NCBI GenBank assembly: GCA_900128395.1
Contig: LT649291.1
Location: forward strand, 1-44,814
Direction: 5' to 3'
DNA from: Stramenopiles sp. TOSAG23-2
Taxonomy: Eukaryota
DNA: 44,814 nucleotides
A program made the translations under genes and the position numbers. Shown piece after piece: positions 33,362-44,503 of this stretch (the stretch's first letter is position 1; the number at the start of each line of letters is the position of its first letter). The notes below the pieces were generated by a model. It saw only the letters and a list, made by a program, of their open reading frames with translations, was not told the origin of the DNA and made no database searches.

Positions 33362-34042
33362 TTATCGTGGATTTAACGCTGTTTCCAATTGTTGATATGC
33401 TTGTTGTTGCAATGCTTGAGTATTTTGCAATCGTTTTATTAATTCCATTTCCATCTTTTCCATTTTAGATACTCGTGACTCAACTTGCTTCCGCTTGTTT
33501 AACTCGCCACCGACCTTATCGTCATAAACACCTTTGTTTCTTCTTGCTTTTTCAGCAGCTATTTTCTTTCGTTTTAATTGTGCTTCCATTTTTTCCTTCT
33601 TTATTTTCTGTTGTTTCTTCTTGTTTCTACGTAAAATTTCTTGATCTTGTTTTCTTCTTAATTTTTCCATTTTTAACTTTTCTGCTTTCATAGCACGTGC
33701 TTCTTTTCTTGCTCTTTCATCTTTTCGTTTTTGTTCTTTAGCACGGTTTTGTCGTGAGATTTCACGTTCCAAATACTTTGCGTCCAAGTTTCTTTTTTCC
33801 TGATGCATGGCAATTTTTTTCTTTGCCATCATTCTTTCTTCTTTATTATTTTGTCTTGTACGCAAAATAGCTTCAGCTCTTTCCTTCGTACTTCGAATTT
33901 TCTTCCATGCTTTTTTCTCTTCAGCTTCTAAAAGCGCTATCCTATTTGCTAATAATTGTGCGTCCCTATCTACATTACGTCTAGCCTCTCGTAATTGCAA
34001 CAATTGACTTTTAAATTTATTCCCAGTGGTCAATCCCGACAT
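33362..34042 (-). CDS. Basic coiled-coil protein
   Basis: 226-aa helical K/R/E-rich ORF with DAQLLANRIALL and MEMELIKRLQNTQ. Possibly cilia-associated (inference). Confidence 0.8.
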   Translation of the reverse strand: MSGLTTGNKFKSQLLQLREARRNVDRDAQLLANRIALLEAEEKKAWKKIRSTKERAEAILRTRQNNKEERMMAKKKIAMHQEKRNLDAKYLEREISRQNRAKEQKRKDERARKEARAMKAEKLKMEKLRRKQDQEILRRNKKKQQKIKKEKMEAQLKRKKIAAEKARRNKGVYDDKVGGELNKRKQVESRVSKMEKMEMELIKRLQNTQALQQQAYQQLETALNPR

Positions 34043-34749
34043 AGTAAAAGTATAACAATACTACTGATTATTTTTGTTGTTACGACGTCTGTTATATTGA
34101 TGTTTGTATATATATAAATGGATTGGGAATGCTGTACATATGTATGAACTACTTGATATATATACATGTATATAATAGTTGTTAGTTATATTATAAATAA
34201 ATATATGAATTTCCAGTAGGCATAGTATTTACCTGCTAGACGCTCAGGAGAGCTAATTTATTGAAGGTAACGTTTTTTCCTAGAACCCTAATTCTATCGA
34301 CTATATTTCAAAAACTCCAAAAATAGTCAATAGAATCTTGATAATATACTAAGAATATCCGATTTTTGGTATAACTTCAATTTCTCCCTATCCGATATAA
34401 ATAAAATGTACTAGATGCACGTATACTAATTTAGCACTTAAATTAACGTAGTTTTGAAATCCACTTACCATATATCATAGGATAGAGGTGAGCTACTTCT
34501 TCTTTTAAGATACGTTAGCTAAAAAAATCGTCGATCGAGAGTATTTTATTTTATTTATACAGGTGTGCAGGTATATACATTGTAATATTATTTATTACAC
34601 AGCAACAAGTATATGTACATATTACATATTATACCAAAACAAATTGGAACAATACACATATTTATATATTTGGCTTCATACATTTTATTGTTTTTTTATC
34701 AAATACACACATTTTTTGTTACGAAACATACATAATAAAATATTCCATT

Positions 34750-36375
34750 ATGCCACGTAGAAAATCAAAAGCATTACAAGGTAGTGGTATTCAACAAATG
34801 TTAAATGCTACAAAAGGTCCAATGACAAGGATCAAGAAAAAAAGAACACGTGTATTGCGTTTGCCTGACCCAATTGATAATCCCTTCTGTTCAGATAGAC
34901 AAATTGAAGATATATATCATGAAATGACTGCCAAACCAAAAATGATACAAGATTTAGATATTAAGCCACCACCGATGGACCCGTTGCATATATTGCCTAG
35001 TAGTGTATTTGCACCACATAAAGATTTATTACAAAGACGCTGGGCGGGGCAAAAAATATCTGATGTGCCAGATGGATTAAGTCATATGATAGGCTCAGCA
35101 ATGTCACATGGTGTTGAACAAGAGGATGATGTTGAGGCATGGCAACCTCCTGGTCAAGAGGAAGAAAGGGAAGAATATAAACCACCAGAGGTGGAAGAAA
35201 AGTTCGTACGCCGAGTGCCAAAAGTAGATGCAAGAGTCATAACGTTTGGTCACCGCCCCAGTTCAGCCTCACGACATTTTGACCCGTTAACTTTGAACAC
35301 TTCAACTGTACAATATAAGAAGAAAGGAAAAAAAATACCTCGTGTTGGTTTGTTAAGCTCTAGCGATTTACATAAAATGTTAGGACTGGCTGCAGCTAGA
35401 TATCGTTATCAAAAAGAATTCGAAGATGAGGAAGATGAAGCTTCCTCTGTAATTTATAATAGCAACGATAATATGAATGATAATATTAATAATAGTAGTA
35501 AATTAAATCAATCACAATCAACACCAGCATTAAATAGTAACAGTAATAATAATAATAATATGTCTTCAAGCAATAGTAATATGGCACCACCAATGCAGAC
35601 TCCCAAAATCGATGGATCAAGCCAACAAATGAGCTTAGCAATTGGAGTGTCAACACCAATTGTTAACAATAATAATAGCATTAATGAAATAAATAATAAT
35701 ACGAGTAGTGGAATGTTCAATTCAACGACAAAAAATTTGGTAAATCCAAATGAATTTGAAGCTATTAAAGCACCTGCATGGTTGGGTGGGGTATATGCTG
35801 TTGGTGGTGGGCGTAGTTTATTCAACAATAGAAAAGAAGATAAAAGTTTTAAAATACAACTAGAGAAAGATAATGATGATGGAAAATGGGATAATAAAAT
35901 ATATTATCCACCACCGCAACGTGCATTTAAAAGTGCATTGATGGAAGATGAAGTATCAAGTACTTCCACAAAACAGAAAATCTCAAAATATACAAAATTA
36001 TCAGCTGGTGCAATCATTACTCCTGTCTGCGAAGAGAGGCAATTTACAGATATGCTTGAAGCACGAGACGTTGAATCTAGAATAATGAAAAGTGCAAATA
36101 CAAATAAATCCGTGCGAGTGTATCAAAAAAATGGTGTTATATCAAGCTTGACACCACGTAAGACATTTTCACATGACATAAATGAAATTCAACGAACCAT
36201 CAAACGAAAGTATGGTGATAATATTTGGGATGTAGAAGATGAAGAAGGGGAAGAGGAGGAAAATTCTGATGAGGAAGAGGAAGATTATGATGTAGAAGGT
36301 AATGAGTTTAATGATCAAATGATGAATTCATCTATTAAAAGTTTAGAAGAGGAGAGTAGTACGAATACATTTTAA
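34750..36375 (+). CDS. Hypothetical protein
   Basis: 541-aa ATG ORF with Pro-rich N-terminus, Asn-rich middle and acidic end. Confidence 0.75.
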   Translation: MPRRKSKALQGSGIQQMLNATKGPMTRIKKKRTRVLRLPDPIDNPFCSDRQIEDIYHEMTAKPKMIQDLDIKPPPMDPLHILPSSVFAPHKDLLQRRWAGQKISDVPDGLSHMIGSAMSHGVEQEDDVEAWQPPGQEEEREEYKPPEVEEKFVRRVPKVDARVITFGHRPSSASRHFDPLTLNTSTVQYKKKGKKIPRVGLLSSSDLHKMLGLAAARYRYQKEFEDEEDEASSVIYNSNDNMNDNINNSSKLNQSQSTPALNSNSNNNNNMSSSNSNMAPPMQTPKIDGSSQQMSLAIGVSTPIVNNNNSINEINNNTSSGMFNSTTKNLVNPNEFEAIKAPAWLGGVYAVGGGRSLFNNRKEDKSFKIQLEKDNDDGKWDNKIYYPPPQRAFKSALMEDEVSSTSTKQKISKYTKLSAGAIITPVCEERQFTDMLEARDVESRIMKSANTNKSVRVYQKNGVISSLTPRKTFSHDINEIQRTIKRKYGDNIWDVEDEEGEEEENSDEEEEDYDVEGNEFNDQMMNSSIKSLEEESSTNTF

Positions 36376-36469
36376 CATCAAAGAAGTTTTCCGAAATGTG
36401 TAATATTATTGATGGTGTAATATATATCTCTTTAGTTTTAATTATGCATAACTTATCATATTTTTAAAA

Positions 36470-36536
36470 TTTACTCACATGATAATTCCTATGATACTCT
36501 CCAGAAAGAATACAAATAACTGAGGCAATCTCACTC
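36470..36536. repeat. Dispersed repeat copy 3
   Basis: TTTACTCACATGATAATTCCTATGATACTCTCCAGAAAGAATACAAATAACTGAGGCAATCTCAC. Confidence 0.75.
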
Positions 36537-36827
36537 TAAAAAACTGAAAAGATCGCGTGTTTCGGGGGTCATTTGACACATATATATCTTGATATTGTAT
36601 GAAATAGATAATTTAATATTTGGCTTGGTTGGGTATCATAAAAGAAATAAAAAATTAAAATGTACGCGTATGATACTCGTACACTTTATTTAAAATATAT
36701 TTACTAAAACATTATATTTTCGTACGAACTCGTATTTTTTATTTTTTATATAAAAAAAATATAATATTTTAATTTTCTCATCTGTGTACATCTGTGTACA
36801 TATATGTATATATGATAGACTTAATAT

Positions 36828-38480
36828 CTATTTCCTTCGCCCTTTTCCACCGCCACGCATTGGTTTACCAACATTGTTTGCAGCTCTTCTGTGTATGACT
36901 TTCATTGTTTTCAATTTCAGCTCTTCATGCGTCAATGGCCTTGCTTCAATTTCATCATCATCACTATCCTCCTCAGAACTATAATCATTAAGATTTGGTG
37001 GATTGATTTGAATTAATTCTTGACCCATTGGTGTCATTGGGCCTGCACCAAGGACATTAATCAATGCGGATGGATCTGCACCTTGTTGGTCTTGTTGCCT
37101 ACTATCATCCACTGGTGGTGCAGACACGGTTGCATACAATTGTAATATTTCATTTGTACGTTGCTCTATCATACCTAAATATTGCATCATATTTGCCTCT
37201 GTTACCATGCTATCGGCAAGCATTTCAGACATTGCACTGGTGTTACAACCAATTTTATTAAATATACTTTGGATACCAATTTTCAATGAATTAATTGTTT
37301 TCAACGAATCTTGATATTTCATTTCATATCGTTCTGCGCTATGCTCAGTCGATTTCAATCGCTGAGCTAAATCGTTCAATAGTTTCTTATGTTGATTCAC
37401 ATCTTCACCAGACTCAGCTTGGTATTTATTTTCTTCCTCATGCAATGATTGCATTTGTTCTTCCAATTTTTCAATTTCATTGTTTTGCTCATTTACATAA
37501 TTAAATAATGAAAAGTTTTGGTCTTCATTTGCGATAAATGTATTTACTAATTCATTAATATCAGTAATACCAGTGGCTGCTTTAATCTTATTAAACGCTT
37601 CCTCGAAATTTTGTACACGTTCCAAACTAGCTTGCACTTGCTGTTTCTCTTGCACGTTGCCCCATTTGCCACTTTTTTTCTCATTTAATCTTTTCTCTTC
37701 CTCTTCTTTCATGGCTAATTCTTTAGCTTGATCCCGCATCATCATATCCTTACGACGTTTATCTTCTTCCAATTGTTTACCAAGCGAAACCATTGTTTCA
37801 TCATATTCTTGCGTTTCTTTCGCATCTGCCTGTTGTATTGCAGCAATTTCCATTTGTGCTTGATCCCGCGCTTCATATGCTTGATTGGAAATTTCAATAA
37901 TATTCGCCATTTGTTTCTTTTTCTCGTGTAACTCTTTTTCTAACTTGCGATATATATTGTCAAAGACAACACGTTCACGTCTTAAATTATCAATTTCTTC
38001 TCGTAAATTTTTATTGTGTGCCAATGCTTCATTGAATTTAACCAACGCTTTGTCCAAGCGATTTTCCAATATTCTTATTTGTTTCTGTACCATAAGTTGG
38101 TTTTCGCGTGCTGCATTAACGCCACCCATTTTTTTACGTTGTATTAATATTTTTTCTTGCATTAATTTTATTTGCTTATTAATTTCACCTATATTTTTTT
38201 CCTGTATCGCTATTTTACTACTATACAAATTCCCTTGCTCTTGTAAACTAGCCAGCTTCGCCGCATGTGCATTACTCACTTTGACACTAGCGTGCCTAGT
38301 TTCCATTGCTAATTCACTTTTTAAAGATTCATTTTCCTTACGCAATTTGTCTATTGACTTTTGTTGTCTTCGTATAATATTTTGACTTTCCTCTGTATAA
38401 GCTTTACGATTTTGTTCCATGTTACGATATTCCCTCTGTAACTGGGCAAAGTCAGCTTGTACATCTCGAGCACGTGCCAT
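36828..38480 (-). CDS. ODAD1: Outer dynein arm docking complex subunit (ODA-DC2/CCDC114 family)
   Basis: QIRILENRLDKALVKFNEALAHNKNLREEIDNLRRER and FEEAFNKIKAATGITDINELVNTFIANEDQNFSLFNYVNE. Confidence 0.9.
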   Translation of the reverse strand: MARARDVQADFAQLQREYRNMEQNRKAYTEESQNIIRRQQKSIDKLRKENESLKSELAMETRHASVKVSNAHAAKLASLQEQGNLYSSKIAIQEKNIGEINKQIKLMQEKILIQRKKMGGVNAARENQLMVQKQIRILENRLDKALVKFNEALAHNKNLREEIDNLRRERVVFDNIYRKLEKELHEKKKQMANIIEISNQAYEARDQAQMEIAAIQQADAKETQEYDETMVSLGKQLEEDKRRKDMMMRDQAKELAMKEEEEKRLNEKKSGKWGNVQEKQQVQASLERVQNFEEAFNKIKAATGITDINELVNTFIANEDQNFSLFNYVNEQNNEIEKLEEQMQSLHEEENKYQAESGEDVNQHKKLLNDLAQRLKSTEHSAERYEMKYQDSLKTINSLKIGIQSIFNKIGCNTSAMSEMLADSMVTEANMMQYLGMIEQRTNEILQLYATVSAPPVDDSRQQDQQGADPSALINVLGAGPMTPMGQELIQINPPNLNDYSSEEDSDDDEIEARPLTHEELKLKTMKVIHRRAANNVGKPMRGGGKGRRK

Positions 38481-39148
38481 TTTGTAATGTTTTCTTTCTA
38501 ATAGATATCTGTAAGCTATATAAAGAAATACACCAAATTATTATATGTATATATATCTGTCTAGTGCTTTATCTATTTTCTACTCTGCATCTACATGTAT
38601 CATGGATATATATTGTAAATTAACATGTAATATGTATGTAATAAATAACAACAATTTAAAAATGAATGGTATTTCTATGCTGGCCTTCTGGCCCGGTTGG
38701 TAATAGCTATTTCAACCGTTTTTACTTTTTGTCCAGATTTAAGTACAAATTAGTAATACTGTGGCGATACCCTATGTGGATAATAAAAGTATACGTTGGC
38801 TAGGATTTTCGACGCTGTAGCTAGTATTTTGTACTTGATATTGATTTGCTGACATCATACAATCGAGACGTTAGCTTGTTTTAGCCTGGTTTTGCTGGGT
38901 TTGTTGACCAATTAATGTTATGTTGCTGCTTGTGTAAAGCGAGGATATTTGATAATAATAAATATATATATAATTCAAAAACATATATATTACATAGTAA
39001 TACTTTTTTTTGAAACCATTATAGATCAGATCGTGTAAACTTTATTTATATAGAGAGAATATAAAAGATAATATATTCAATATATAATAAGAGCAATAAT
39101 AAGCATCATTTGTAAAACAGGAAACAGTATTATCAACGTAATAATAAT

Positions 39149-42100
39149 ATGGAATCCCCCACTTTAACACCATCTGGTGGTGAGTTCTTATCGCAACTTG
39201 GAAAGACTTGGAATCTTATTCAATCAAAAGCAAAAGAACTTGACAAAGCGAAGAAAAAACAAAGAAAGACAGAGGAAGAATTGGTCTCTTCAAAAGAAAA
39301 CTGCGAGCACCTTCGTGCAAAGGAACAACAAGCGGTGTCTAAAATTGCTGAGCTTGAAAGCGCAACATTGGTTCTATCTTCAGAAAATTCAAGATTGAAA
39401 AAAGACACATACAATAAAGATGAACAAATAGAAGATTTAAGTAGCGACATTGCAACGAAAGAAAAAGCTTTACAAAAGAAGAAAAAAGAAGTATCTAATT
39501 TGGCTAAAGATAACCAAGAAAAAACGCATGAAATTAAATCTTTGACAAATACCAATGCAGAATTGGAAGATGCAGTGTTATCAATGAAAAAGGATTTTGA
39601 TAAAAAATGTAAGCAATGGTCTAAATTTGAAAGTGACGTGCAAGAGGACCACGCACGTACTCAAAATCAACTGAAGGAACTTCAAATAGAGAAAGAAGAA
39701 CTAGGTAGGCATCTATGGCATGTAATGGAAGAGTTAAAAGCATGCGAACGCCGTGTAGTAGAAATGCAACAAGGTGAAGAGGAAAATGGGAAAAAAGAAA
39801 CTAAATTAAATGAAGAAATTGAACGTTTGCAAAAGGAGATTCAAGATGGTAAATCTAGAGAGAAAGGTCAAGCGGAACAATTGGAAGCATTGAAAAAAGA
39901 AGTTGGAGAAACATTAACTGCAGCGCGTAAAAAACAAAATGAAACCATTGATGAATTAAACGGCGTGAAAAACATGTTATCAAGTACTATGCAAGCTAAA
40001 TCTCAATTGGAAGCGAATATGCAAACCATGAAACAAGATATGAAAAAGGTTAAAGATGTCGCAATGGATCAAGTGCAAAATACAAAAAGTGCATTTCAAG
40101 AAAAATTAAATAAAGCATTGGAAAAAGAAGAGGAGAAACGAAGTGCCATTGCCCGTGAGTTGCAAGTGACTATGGAGCAGCTAACTACTATGAAAAAGAC
40201 AAAACAAGCATTGAATGATACCATTGAAGGTAAACGTAACGAATTGAAAGCATCTAGAGATGAAATTGCTGCAGTACGTAAAGAAGTTGCTGAAATGTCA
40301 AATCGTTTACAACGAGCAACGAAGGAACAAGAATCTACTAGAAAAGCTATGGATAAAGAAGTTAAAAGCCGTGATAAACAAATACGAGAATTGAGACAAG
40401 AAGTACTGATTTACACTGATGAAAACAATCGTTTAAAAGAATTATCTAGCGTTTCAAATAAATTTATGGAAGATGATTTGAAAAACGCAAAAGCAAAATG
40501 CGAAGAGCTAGAAAAAAATAAGGATGAAATTACCAAGGAATTAAGTGAAACGAAGGAGATATTAAAAAATACAATGGAAACTATGAATTCATTTAAAAAC
40601 GAAGCGAAGGAAAAGATTGCTAGTGGTAAAAAATTAGCAGATGAAGCAACTAAAAAAGCAAAAGAGGAAAGTGATAAATCTGATCGTTTATCAACCATGC
40701 TTCATTCAATGGAAGAAAAATTGAAAAAAGCTGAATTTGATAAATCACAGCAAATTGGTTCGTTGACTGAAAACATTGGTGTACATACACAGCAACTAAA
40801 TAAACGTGTTGAGGAATGTAATCGTTTAAGAAATGATTTAGCGATGGCAAAAACACATAATGAAAGTTTACAAGAAACTGTTGAAAAACTAACATCACAT
40901 GTTGAAGAAGTTGAGAAAAAACGAGATGTGGAAGCAAACACATTAAGAGAATCACTTGATCGTTTGCAAATGACTGAAGAAGAAATGATCAATGCTAAAC
41001 AAACTGCCGATGAAACAGCAAATTTATTACAAGAACTACATAATGAAGTGAAAGATCAAAAACATTCAAATAAACAATTGCGCCAAAAATTGGATAAAGT
41101 TTTGCAAGAGAAAAAAGCTATTAAACAAGATGCAGCAGCACAAATCTTAGCCTTTTCAGAACGAAACAAAGACATTACAAATGAATTGCAAGATTTACTA
41201 GGTGTTAAAGCAAAATTGAGTGCAGAATTAAAGAAAAAAAGCGAAACTGTGGAAGATGCTGTTAATACGATTACTGAACTTCGTGGGGAATTGAGTAATG
41301 CAGAGGAAGATGCAGAGGCAACCATTGAGCAAATAAGCCAGAAACTAATGGCAGTTGAAAAAGACTTTGAAAGTGTACGTATTGCAAGAGAAAAAGAAGC
41401 TAGAGACAATGCCAAAGCTATGGCTCAACATACAGCACGATTAGGCCAATTACAAAAAGCACTTGACGAATCAAATTGGGAACTTGACACAATGAAAAGA
41501 GATCTAAATCAATCCAATCGTGATAAAGATGATCTAGAACAGAAAGTACAGCGTCTACAACGTGATAATGCTAGTCTTAAAAAAGTTGAAAGCAATATGA
41601 ATGGATTTTTAAAGAATATGATGGGTGAAAAAGAAAGCAAACATAGTCACTCGATGGGATTGACACCGCTGAGATTAAGTAAAACCTCTAGTCATGGAAG
41701 CTCCTCTAAATCATCTAGATCATTACAAAACAGTAGTAGAAGCTCAAATGGCGAGAATTCGGCAAGAAGTAGCTCCTCGGCCCCAGATAAATTACACACA
41801 AGAAATTCGTATACTCCAGATTCATCTTCTAAAAGTCATAAAAGCAGCAGTAGACCATCTAGTGGATCAAGGTCAAGACCATCCAGCGGTTCAAGGTCAA
41901 GACCATCATCGGCCAAACGTAATAAAGATAAACACCATAGCAGTAAAGATCGATATTATGATGAAAATGCATCATCCAAAAGTAATGGAGCTGACGATGA
42001 CTTAGTACTTCCAGCACTTCCTGCGGTTGGTGAAGATGTTGCAGCTAATGTAATACAACGTACAGCAGATTTCCTAAAGAGTCGTAACAAAAGCCGAAGT

Positions 42101-43318
42101 GGTCCGTTACACTCTTCGTCAGGTAATCCAAGGCCTTTATCAGCAAATAATCAACTAAGTGATGATGAAATTATATTTTCAAAGCGTCGTAGTAAACGAC
42201 TCAATTCGCTTGGCAAAGAAAACATTTCTGCTCATAAAATAAATCGCGCAAAAAGCGCAGCTGGACGTCGCAGACATGATCGTAATCAAAGTATATCATA
42301 TGATGCAAAAAATGGTCCATTGTCAAAAAAAGTACGCCCTTCAAGAAAAGATAGACCTAATTCTGCACCAATGCAGCAGACTCCAAAAAGAGTGTAAGTT
42401 GAAGAAAAATCATCTCATGTAATATAATTATTTCAGAAAAAACAACCAATATAGAATACACAACATAGAATGCCATCATGATATTTGACAAAATACATAT
42501 ATAATAAATAGATATATTAATAATGACTACAACATTTAGAGATAAACTGCATTTTAATATCATATTATATGATAGCACTATATATTTATAAAAAAAATAC
42601 AAAAATGTAAAAAATATTAACACAAATGAAATGTTTACAAAAAAAATTAATTATGATAATTGAAACAAATTTTCATTTTTTAACAAAAAACAAAAATACT
42701 TTTATATTTTTTACTTTTTTCCATGTGTGTCTCTTATATATATAATAATAAAATATAATATTAATGCGGATTTCGTATATTGATACGTATTTATTTTCAC
42801 TCTCTCCCATAATGCTTACAATTAACAAAACAAATTTCAGTGAAAATGAAGCATTGAAATTTGGACAAAATGTGGAAACGATAAAAAATTTATCCGAATC
42901 GTCTGATAATATTTCTCGTGAACTGCTGAAATCTACTGGTAACTATAGAACGGCTGGTATTCGCTCAGAAAAAAAGCCTGTAAAAACCTTTATTAGAACC
43001 CCACACAAGCCTGATGAAGATGAAGATCTGATTGTAAACGATGATGAACTGGAAAGTAGTGGTGAATCTTTCGATGAACGCGTAGAGCGAGTAATATACA
43101 ATCCGAAACAGAGAAGGTACAACAACAATAGATACGATAGACCGTCAAGAAGCAGAAATACAAATACGGTGCTATCCACTAAACAAAATCAAGCAAACAC
43201 TCCTGGTGGGGTTAATCCATATGATTTGTTAGGCAAATACAATAATTCACGAGATGAATATGCTGATTCTTATTATAACAGTAATACTCCAAGAAATTTG
43301 TCTCCCACAATGTATTAA
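39149..43318 (+). CDS. Long coiled-coil protein with Ser/Arg-rich tail; predicted join(39149..42393,42841..43318), 1240 aa
   Basis: About 820 aa of heptad coiled coil, then SRPSS repeats. GTAAGT donor at 42394 and TTTCAG acceptor at 42840 join the 42764 ORF in frame. Confidence 0.75.
42394..42840 (+). other. Predicted spliceosomal intron, 447 nt, phase 2
   Basis: GTAAGT donor, very AT-rich body, TTAAC branch-like site at 42822, TTTCAG acceptor. The join GT+T gives Val followed by ENEALKFG. Confidence 0.7.
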
Positions 43319-44038
43319 AAAAATAATACGACTTCGTATATCATATCATATGTATATGATATATGATACGAAGTATTATCATATTATATTTATAAAACTG
43401 ATGGTTATAAAATCTAAAGTTATGACATATGATTCGTATATCGTGTATATATATATATATATATAATGTTCTCTTACTCATATATTATATTTAAATATAA
43501 ATAAGAGATATCATATGATAATCATAAATTAATTTTTAAATAAAATATATGCATATACTTCGTGCTTGTAGAGTGTATTAGTTTGCAAAGGTGCATTAAA
43601 GCTTTTTACTAAAGTGTAGGAATAGAATATTGTTCTTGCGATTGAGTATTTGAGCACATATTACTTAAATATTCAAAAGATTCTTCCTCTGTCTGTGATT
43701 TACAGTTAGGTGAAGAAGCTACTCCTTCATAAAGTTGTAAATCATATTCTTTAATCGTATATATATATATGATATCGATGTGAGAGAGAAAAAGAAGAGC
43801 TAGAAGAGCGCAGTGTATGATATTTTTACGTTCGTACGAAGTATTATATCATATGATGCTTAAATTTTTAGTTATATTATATTTTAAAGACGTATATTAT
43901 TAAACTGTATACGTATTTTTTTTAAATCTCTGACGAATTCTATGCTCGATTAGTCTGCGTATGATAAACATTTTAAAATTAATGATATCATATGCATATA
44001 GAGAATAATTAGTATATACATCATAAAGTTCCCACCAT

Positions 44039-44503
44039 TTAAAGTTCAAGCTCTTCGTCGTCATCGTCATCTTCGTCGCCATCTTTGCCTGGGTTTACTT
44101 TCAATTCATTTCTTATCATTACTTCTGCGTTTGCTGCAGCTCGTCGTTTTGGACGGCGTGAGCCACTAATTATTAAACTTGTATCTACTTCATCTGCATC
44201 AATTTTCTCATCAAGTTCAGCCCAATCCTCACCACTTTCCTCGCCATCGCTGTATCTTTTCCTTTTTTTATCTTCCTTTTTTTCGATAGGAATCTCAACA
44301 TCTTTATATCCACGATCTCTTTTGATGACAGCTCTGTCAGTTATAAATTTCTTCGCTTCTTCCTCCGAGGCATGTTCAAATTTTTTTGATTCTTCCTTGT
44401 CTTCTTTCCCTATTTTACCAAAAGTAACTATTGCTGTTTTACCATCAACAGATGCTATCCAATATTTTTTCCCATCCTTTTCAAGTCTTAAAACTGTACT
44501 CAT
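44039..44503 (-). CDS. Small WGR-like domain protein with CHZ-like histone-chaperone motif and acidic tail
   Basis: KKYWIASVDGKTAIVTFGKIG...EEAKKFITDRAVIKRDRGY (WGR/MolR-like). EVDTSLIISGSRRPKR (CHZ-like). C-terminal DEDDDDDEE. Confidence 0.72.
   Translation of the reverse strand: MSTVLRLEKDGKKYWIASVDGKTAIVTFGKIGKEDKEESKKFEHASEEEAKKFITDRAVIKRDRGYKDVEIPIEKKEDKKRKRYSDGEESGEDWAELDEKIDADEVDTSLIISGSRRPKRRAAANAEVMIRNELKVNPGKDGDEDDDDDEELEL

Noticed and set aside
34225-34260. TTTACCTG resembling the U1 snRNA 5' end
   Set aside because: No ATACTTACCTGG match, U1 stem-loops or Sm site were recognised.
41848-41912. Tandem ~24-nt repeats
   Set aside because: They encode SRPSSGSR protein repeats and are not CRISPR-like (no unique spacers, no cas genes).
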